64,000 bases of DNA. It comes from an uncultured delta proteobacterium. Lineage in GTDB: Bacteria > Desulfobacterota > Binatia > UBA9968. The number at the start of each line of letters is the position of its first letter. The first letter of the stretch is position 1. The translations under genes were made by a program, and so were the position numbers. A model generated the notes under the pieces. That model saw nothing but the letters and a program-made list of their open reading frames with translations. It did no database searches and was not told the origin of the DNA. The stretch is taken from assembly GCA_963728565.1 (NCBI GenBank), contig CAVSLC010000004.1, positions 64,001 to 128,000 of the forward strand. Reading direction: 5' to 3'. Below, piece after piece: positions 59,061-64,000 of this stretch.

Positions 59061-59858
59061 TCACGTTCGGACCGCTTTAGCGGCGCTGGCTGTGAGATGC
59101 AGGCAGTTCCGGAGTTCTTCGCTGGTCAGCGGTTCCTTGAACATTTCATTGCGCATGTACACTCGTTGAAGGCTCACTGCACGCACGGCGTCTTTCATCC
59201 GCACGAGATCCTGTTTGCTCTGGACCATCCGGGCCGCTTGGCTTGCCGCCTCCTTGTAATGGTTCTTTTCATCCTGATAAATCACTTCCATCGCACGGGC
59301 GATCATTCTTTCGAGTCGGCCACCCTTGAGCTTTTTCCCCTCGCGAAACATCCGGGCGCCGCCCCCTTCTGTAACGAGCACCGCGGCTTTATCCACCGGG
59401 GAGCCCGAACTTACGAAAGCTCTACGTATATCACCGAGCCTTCTTTCCTGGGGCAGCTGAAAAGTATCCGACGCTGAAACCGGATGGCCCAGCAGATATT
59501 CGAGAACGTCGGCCATGAGCACATAGTGATTGAACTCTTGCGTGAGCTGTTCGAGAAGCGAGTGGTACCGGTGCCGGTCGATGGTTTTGTCGATATCGGG
59601 AAACTTTGCCGCCAGATCGTTCAGCTCCTTCTGCAGCCCCGTGAAATAACCGTCCACCGGATGCAGCTCCTTCCAGAGCTGCGCCTTGAGCCAGAAAATG
59701 TGATCCTCGTGCGCCGGCCGCTTTTTGAAAAATCGCCGGACGATCGTAGCCTCAGCTTCCCAGTAGGGTAGCGCGGTCGCGATCAGACTTTGTGCGATGT
59801 CTCTTATGTCTCGCTCTCTTGGCAGGCGGTCGATGGGCGTCTCACGTATTGCAGTCAT
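59061..59858 (-). CDS. Ferritin-like diiron-type helical protein of unknown function
   Basis: KE, QEFNH, TEGGG and DEKNH give two ExxH motifs in a helical context. Confidence 0.65.
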   Translation of the reverse strand: MTAIRETPIDRLPRERDIRDIAQSLIATALPYWEAEATIVRRFFKKRPAHEDHIFWLKAQLWKELHPVDGYFTGLQKELNDLAAKFPDIDKTIDRHRYHSLLEQLTQEFNHYVLMADVLEYLLGHPVSASDTFQLPQERRLGDIRRAFVSSGSPVDKAAVLVTEGGGARMFREGKKLKGGRLERMIARAMEVIYQDEKNHYKEAASQAARMVQSKQDLVRMKDAVRAVSLQRVYMRNEMFKEPLTSEELRNCLHLTASAAKAVRT

Positions 59859-60058
59859 GGAAATTTGGCGTTCTCTCCAAGCTCAAACTTCTAATTTTAA
59901 ATATCGACGCCGGAGATCGACCTGGCTGCCAATCGGATAGCCGCCGTTCTGCGGAAGCTTGCTTCCCGGCCGGCAACCTGATCGCTGCCACCCTAGTCTG
60001 TCGATCCCGCTCCGGCTCGAAAACACACAGAGCGCAGAACCGGGCGCGGCGCATCGGA

Positions 60059-61021
60059 TCAACGAGTACTTCTTCCGACGGCATTGATGAAGCTGTAGTC
60101 AATCATCTCGTTCGCAGAGATCTTCGCCTTCAGTCTGCCGGTCTCAATCTCCTGTTCGACGGTGGCCAGGATACCTGCGTCGAGAATGTGGCCATCGAGC
60201 GGAAACGAATCGCGGTACTCATCGTATCCAGCGCCAGCCTCGGCGGCATCCAGCCCGACATACTTTCTGAGCGCTCGAATCCCGTCGTCGCGATTCTCGC
60301 GCGTATGCTTCACGCCGCGTTGATAAGCGCGTAAGAACTTGGCGGTCTGCTCTTTTTCCTTGGTAAGCCAGCCCTCGCGCGCGATGAAACCGACGTTGGT
60401 CCAGTTGGGATAGAGATCCTTCAAGTCGAAGAGCTTATTCATGCCGACCGACTTGGCGCGTTCGGTGACCGGGAACCATAGTATGGTTGCATCGACGATA
60501 CCGCTGGCCAATGTGGTGAAGCGCGCCGGGGTGGCGCCGATCTGCAACATCGTGACATCTTTGGGATCGACGCCCGCCTGGCGCAGCGCCGAACGGGTGA
60601 GAAATTCAGAGAGCGAGCCGAAACGGCTGATCGCGAACTTTTTCCCTTTGCTGTCCTTCAGCGATTTCATTTTGGGGCTTCCATAGATTTGAAACGGCAT
60701 CACATTGGAGATCGCCCAGAAATTCTTGATGTCCAGTCCACCGGCTCGGGCGAGCACGGTCTCCGGCACGCCTCCCGCCATGATCTGCACGTCGCCGCCA
60801 ATGACTGCCTGGAGATTGGTAGCGCCGGCATTAAACATCACCACCAGAACATCCAGGCCTTCGTCCTTGAAAAAGCCTCTGTCCTGAGTGATGTAGATCG
60901 GCAGGAACGCAACGTTCACCGTCGATACTCCGACAACGATGCGGCCGTCGGCTTGTGGAAGCTTGACGCTGCTCAGCGCAACCAGAAGCGATAAAGCAAC
61001 CCATATGACTCGCCAAATCAT
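60059..61021 (-). CDS. ABC substrate-binding protein, NitT/TauT type
   Basis: Signal peptide, GFFKDEGLDV, KGKKFAISRFGS, IGATPARF, MIDYSF. Confidence 0.9.
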   Translation of the reverse strand: MIWRVIWVALSLLVALSSVKLPQADGRIVVGVSTVNVAFLPIYITQDRGFFKDEGLDVLVVMFNAGATNLQAVIGGDVQIMAGGVPETVLARAGGLDIKNFWAISNVMPFQIYGSPKMKSLKDSKGKKFAISRFGSLSEFLTRSALRQAGVDPKDVTMLQIGATPARFTTLASGIVDATILWFPVTERAKSVGMNKLFDLKDLYPNWTNVGFIAREGWLTKEKEQTAKFLRAYQRGVKHTRENRDDGIRALRKYVGLDAAEAGAGYDEYRDSFPLDGHILDAGILATVEQEIETGRLKAKISANEMIDYSFINAVGRSTR

Positions 61022-61175
61022 CGGCTTTCCCTCCGCCTGCGCACCGTAGGTTAGTCATGGAGACCCGTCAAAAGCCACCGGCGAGGTTCCGGAGAAACCT
61101 CGGTCAGCAATGTCTTGAGTGGATGCGGGTAGACGTCTGGCTAAAGCGGCCTTAATGCTAGGATGCGAGTTCCGC

Positions 61176-61394
61176 TTACCTCTTCAACGGTACCAGGAGC
61201 AAGACTGCGCCAATCACTATTGCTCCCACGCCGGCCCAAGCGGGAATCTTGACCGTTTCCTTATCCTTCACCTGAAGCTCGAGCGGCCCGATCTTGGCTT
61301 CATGAGTTTCTTTTGTGAAGCTGAAACTGCCATAGGCCAGCCCGAGAACGCCGGCCACGATCAAAACCACTCCAATTATTTTGACTGCGTTCAT
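61176..61394 (-). CDS. Small two-TM membrane protein (DUF3185-like)
   Basis: MNAVKIIGVVLIVAGVLGLAYG...KIGPLE...IPAWAGVGAIVIG; AGGAGG RBS. Confidence 0.82.
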   Translation of the reverse strand: MNAVKIIGVVLIVAGVLGLAYGSFSFTKETHEAKIGPLELQVKDKETVKIPAWAGVGAIVIGAVLLLVPLKR

Positions 61395-61709
61395 CTCATC
61401 CCCTCCTAAAACGATCTGGTGTATCGTTGTTGGCGATGCGTGCGATTCTTCTATTCGAATCTGCGGAGATTTGTCAACATCACCGATTACCGGTCTCGAT
61501 TGGCCGGCTGGCACACGGCTGCCAACTTTTCAAAACACCAGTTCCTCATCCCATACCTAGGGAAGCGGTTCCCGAGTTCCCTCCACTACAGAACCGAGAG
61601 ATTATTTGACGGGCGGGCAAATGCTGGACATGAACCGACATCAGATTATAGGCTGACCACGTAGGCGAATGCATAATTAGAGCACGATTTAACGTAGCGG
61701 GATGATTTA

Positions 61710-63002
61710 ATGAGCCGGATTCTCATGCGATATCTTTTTTGCATCTTCGCGATTCTCGTCTGTCTTCTACCGCAATCAGTCGACGCGCAGGCAACACTGC
61801 TCCGTATTGTCATCTCCAAGACGGACACGCCACAGCTTTGGGACGGGGCGATTGCTGACTTCGAGCAGCAAAATCCCGGCGTTAAAGTCGTCAAGGAGAT
61901 CGCGCCAAATTCTTCGACCCAATTCCATGATCTGCTCACCCAGAAATTGAAAAATCGCGATACTCGCCTGGACGTGTTCTTCATGGATGTCATCTGGCCC
62001 AGCGAGTTCGCATCGGCCGGCTGGACATTGCCGCTGGATCGTTTCCTCTCGGCCGCGGAGCAGGGCAAATTCCTTGAGGCGCCGATAGCGGCCAATCGCT
62101 ATCGCGGAGAGATCTTCGGGGTGCCGCTTTTCATCGATGCCGGATTGCTCTATTACCGCAAAGATCTTCTCGAGAAGCATCGGATGGCGCCGCCGCGCCA
62201 CTGGCCCGAACTTGTGGAGCAAGCTAAAACCATCCTTGCTGCGGAGCGCGATCCGCACCTGGTCGGGTATTCGGGCCAGTTCAAACAATACGAAGGGCTG
62301 GTCTGCAACATGATGGAATTCATCCTCGGCAACGGCGGCGCTTTATGGGATGAACAGCGCTTGGTGAGCGCCGTGCAACAAGAACGCGCCAAGCAGGCGG
62401 TCCGGTTCGTGCGCGATCATATCATCGGCGAGATCTCGTCACGCGGCGTGCTGGCCTACGAAGAGCCGGAATCGGTTGCGCTATTTGCCCAGGGACGGGC
62501 AATTTTTCACCGCAATTGGCCGTATGCATGGCGGGTCGCCAACGATCCTGAACAATCGAGAGTGATAGGTAAAGTGGGTATGATGCCATTACCGGCTTTT
62601 CCTGGTGGCAAGGGTGCTTCAACCCTCGGTGGCTGGCAAATGGGTATCAGCCGATTTTCGAAAATACCCGAAGTTGCTTGGCGCTTTGTTGCGTTCATGA
62701 CCAGTCGCCAGATGCAAAAGCGGATCGCCTTGTCCACCGGCCGGGCGCCAACCCGAAAAGCGCTCTATACGGATCCCGAGCTGCTGGCCCAGGTTCCATG
62801 GCTCGAACCGATGCTGGAAACCTTCAAGCAAGCGGTGCCGCGGCCGAGGACGCCGGTCTACGCGCCGCTTTCGAATATTCTGCAACGTTACTTTAGCGCT
62901 GCCTTAGTCTTGCCCGGCAGCAAGATCGACCAACGGTCGGCATTGGCGGCGCGCGACATGGATCGCGTGCTCGATCTATTGCGCGAAGCCGCGGTTCCAT
63001 GA
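61710..63002 (+). CDS. Carbohydrate ABC transporter substrate-binding protein (trehalose/maltose-like)
   Basis: MDVIW..EFA, GLLYYRKDLL, QYEGLVC, F.RNWPYAW, TLGGWQ, PRP.TP.Y. Confidence 0.92.
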   Translation: MSRILMRYLFCIFAILVCLLPQSVDAQATLLRIVISKTDTPQLWDGAIADFEQQNPGVKVVKEIAPNSSTQFHDLLTQKLKNRDTRLDVFFMDVIWPSEFASAGWTLPLDRFLSAAEQGKFLEAPIAANRYRGEIFGVPLFIDAGLLYYRKDLLEKHRMAPPRHWPELVEQAKTILAAERDPHLVGYSGQFKQYEGLVCNMMEFILGNGGALWDEQRLVSAVQQERAKQAVRFVRDHIIGEISSRGVLAYEEPESVALFAQGRAIFHRNWPYAWRVANDPEQSRVIGKVGMMPLPAFPGGKGASTLGGWQMGISRFSKIPEVAWRFVAFMTSRQMQKRIALSTGRAPTRKALYTDPELLAQVPWLEPMLETFKQAVPRPRTPVYAPLSNILQRYFSAALVLPGSKIDQRSALAARDMDRVLDLLREAAVP

Positions 63003-63886
63003 AAAGCTCGCACCGATTGGCCCTGCTGTTTATCGTCCCCAGCCTGGTCTTCGTCTCTGTCTTTACTCTCTATCCGATCGTTGAATCCTTCCGCCTGAGT
63101 TTTTATCGGATGATCCTGACCCTGCCCTGGCTCGGCCAAAAAATGGTCGGCTGGGAGAATTACCTCGATCTCTGGACCGACCCGGTCGCATGGCAAGCAT
63201 TGCGAACGACGCTCATATTCGTCGCGATCACAGTTCCATCGGAGTTGTTGCTCGGCCTCGGCATGGCGCTGGTGATGAACGAGGCGTTTCGCGGTCGCGG
63301 AGTGTTGCGCGCGGTCGTGCTCATTCCCTGGGCTATTCCCACCGTGGTCTCTTCACAAATGTGGCGCTTCATTTTCAATGACCGGTACGGTCTGTTTAAC
63401 TTCGTTCTGTTCGGCGGCGATACCGCGCGATACTTTGCGCCGCTGGCGGATCCTCGATTCGCGATGCTGGCAATCATGGCGGCGGAGATCTGGAAAACCG
63501 CACCGTTTGCGGCATTGATTATTCTGGCCGGGCTACAAACTATTTCCGACGAAGTTTACGAAGCCGCAAGCATCGACGGCGCCACTTCCTGGCAGAAATT
63601 CTATCACGTTACTTTGCCGCTGCTCTGGCCGGCGCTGTTGTTGGCCTTGCTTTTCCGCACCATCGACGCCCTGCGCGTCTTTGATCTGGTTTTCGTCATG
63701 ACTCAGGGCGGCCCGGCCGATGCCACTAACGTACTGCAGTTCTACGGCTATAAGAAAACTTTTGCCGAAGGCATGATCGGTTATGGTTCGACCATCGCGG
63801 TGACGGTTTTTATGATCTCGCTGATTTTGGCCCTGGCCTATTTGCGCGCGCTCAAATCAGAGCGGCTCCAGGGGGCGGCGCGATGA
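62999..63886 (+). CDS. Carbohydrate ABC transporter permease (MalF-like)
   Basis: VGWENY, LIPWAIP, WKTAPF, EAA motif YEAASIDGA, TQGGP. Confidence 0.93.
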   Translation: MKSSHRLALLFIVPSLVFVSVFTLYPIVESFRLSFYRMILTLPWLGQKMVGWENYLDLWTDPVAWQALRTTLIFVAITVPSELLLGLGMALVMNEAFRGRGVLRAVVLIPWAIPTVVSSQMWRFIFNDRYGLFNFVLFGGDTARYFAPLADPRFAMLAIMAAEIWKTAPFAALIILAGLQTISDEVYEAASIDGATSWQKFYHVTLPLLWPALLLALLFRTIDALRVFDLVFVMTQGGPADATNVLQFYGYKKTFAEGMIGYGSTIAVTVFMISLILALAYLRALKSERLQGAAR

Positions 63887-64000
63887 AACGATCTTTGGCG
63901 CTGGCACTGTCTGCTCCGGTCATTGCCCTCTACTGCTTGCTTCCGTTCCTCTGGTTTGTTCTCACCTCGCTTAAGACTCCCGCCGAACTGGCGGCCATCC
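63883..64000 (+). CDS. Second carbohydrate ABC permease (MalG-like), partial
   Basis: ATGA overlap with the upstream stop; MKRSLALALSAPVIALYCLLPFLWFVLTSLKTP. Confidence 0.85.
   Translation, partial: MKRSLALALSAPVIALYCLLPFLWFVLTSLKTPAELAAI

Noticed and set aside
1-64000. CRISPR array, tRNA, rRNA, prophage or intact IS
   Set aside because: No regularly spaced direct repeats, cloverleaf/T-loop signatures, phage genes or transposase ORFs were found by eye; short RNAs could have been missed.

Overview
A 64-kb, GC-rich, gene-dense bacterial chromosomal segment. The many NitT/TauT-type binding proteins, amidohydrolases and paralogous DHA2 MFS genes resemble Candidatus Binatia/Binatota-type genomes (inference only). 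Housekeeping content includes recD2, hisC, clpB, dinB, hemE-hemH-hemY, hrpB, a long ICL2-type aceA plus glcB, and ABC/MFS transporters. I found no rRNA, tRNA, CRISPR array or intact transposase. At least seven otherwise well-conserved genes carry single-base frameshifts, which suggests read or assembly errors; two other loci (CAP domain, fasciclin) look like true decayed pseudogenes. Best candidate for an undescribed system: an operon at 34.7-39.8 kb encoding a heme-oxygenase-like diiron oxidase fused to an enolase-superfamily domain, a GH3 acyl-amido synthetase, a membrane protein and a plant-type D-amino-acid transaminase/ADC-lyase homolog. Second candidate: a probable sigma-54 operon with a coiled-coil protein and two single-domain KaiC-like ATPases. 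Other highlights are a hidden 59-aa basic ORF coupled to clpB, a perfect 26-bp DnaA-box palindrome upstream of an orphan ExeA-type ATPase, and a possible IS110-type non-coding remnant. All family assignments come from motif recognition by eye; no database searches were run.
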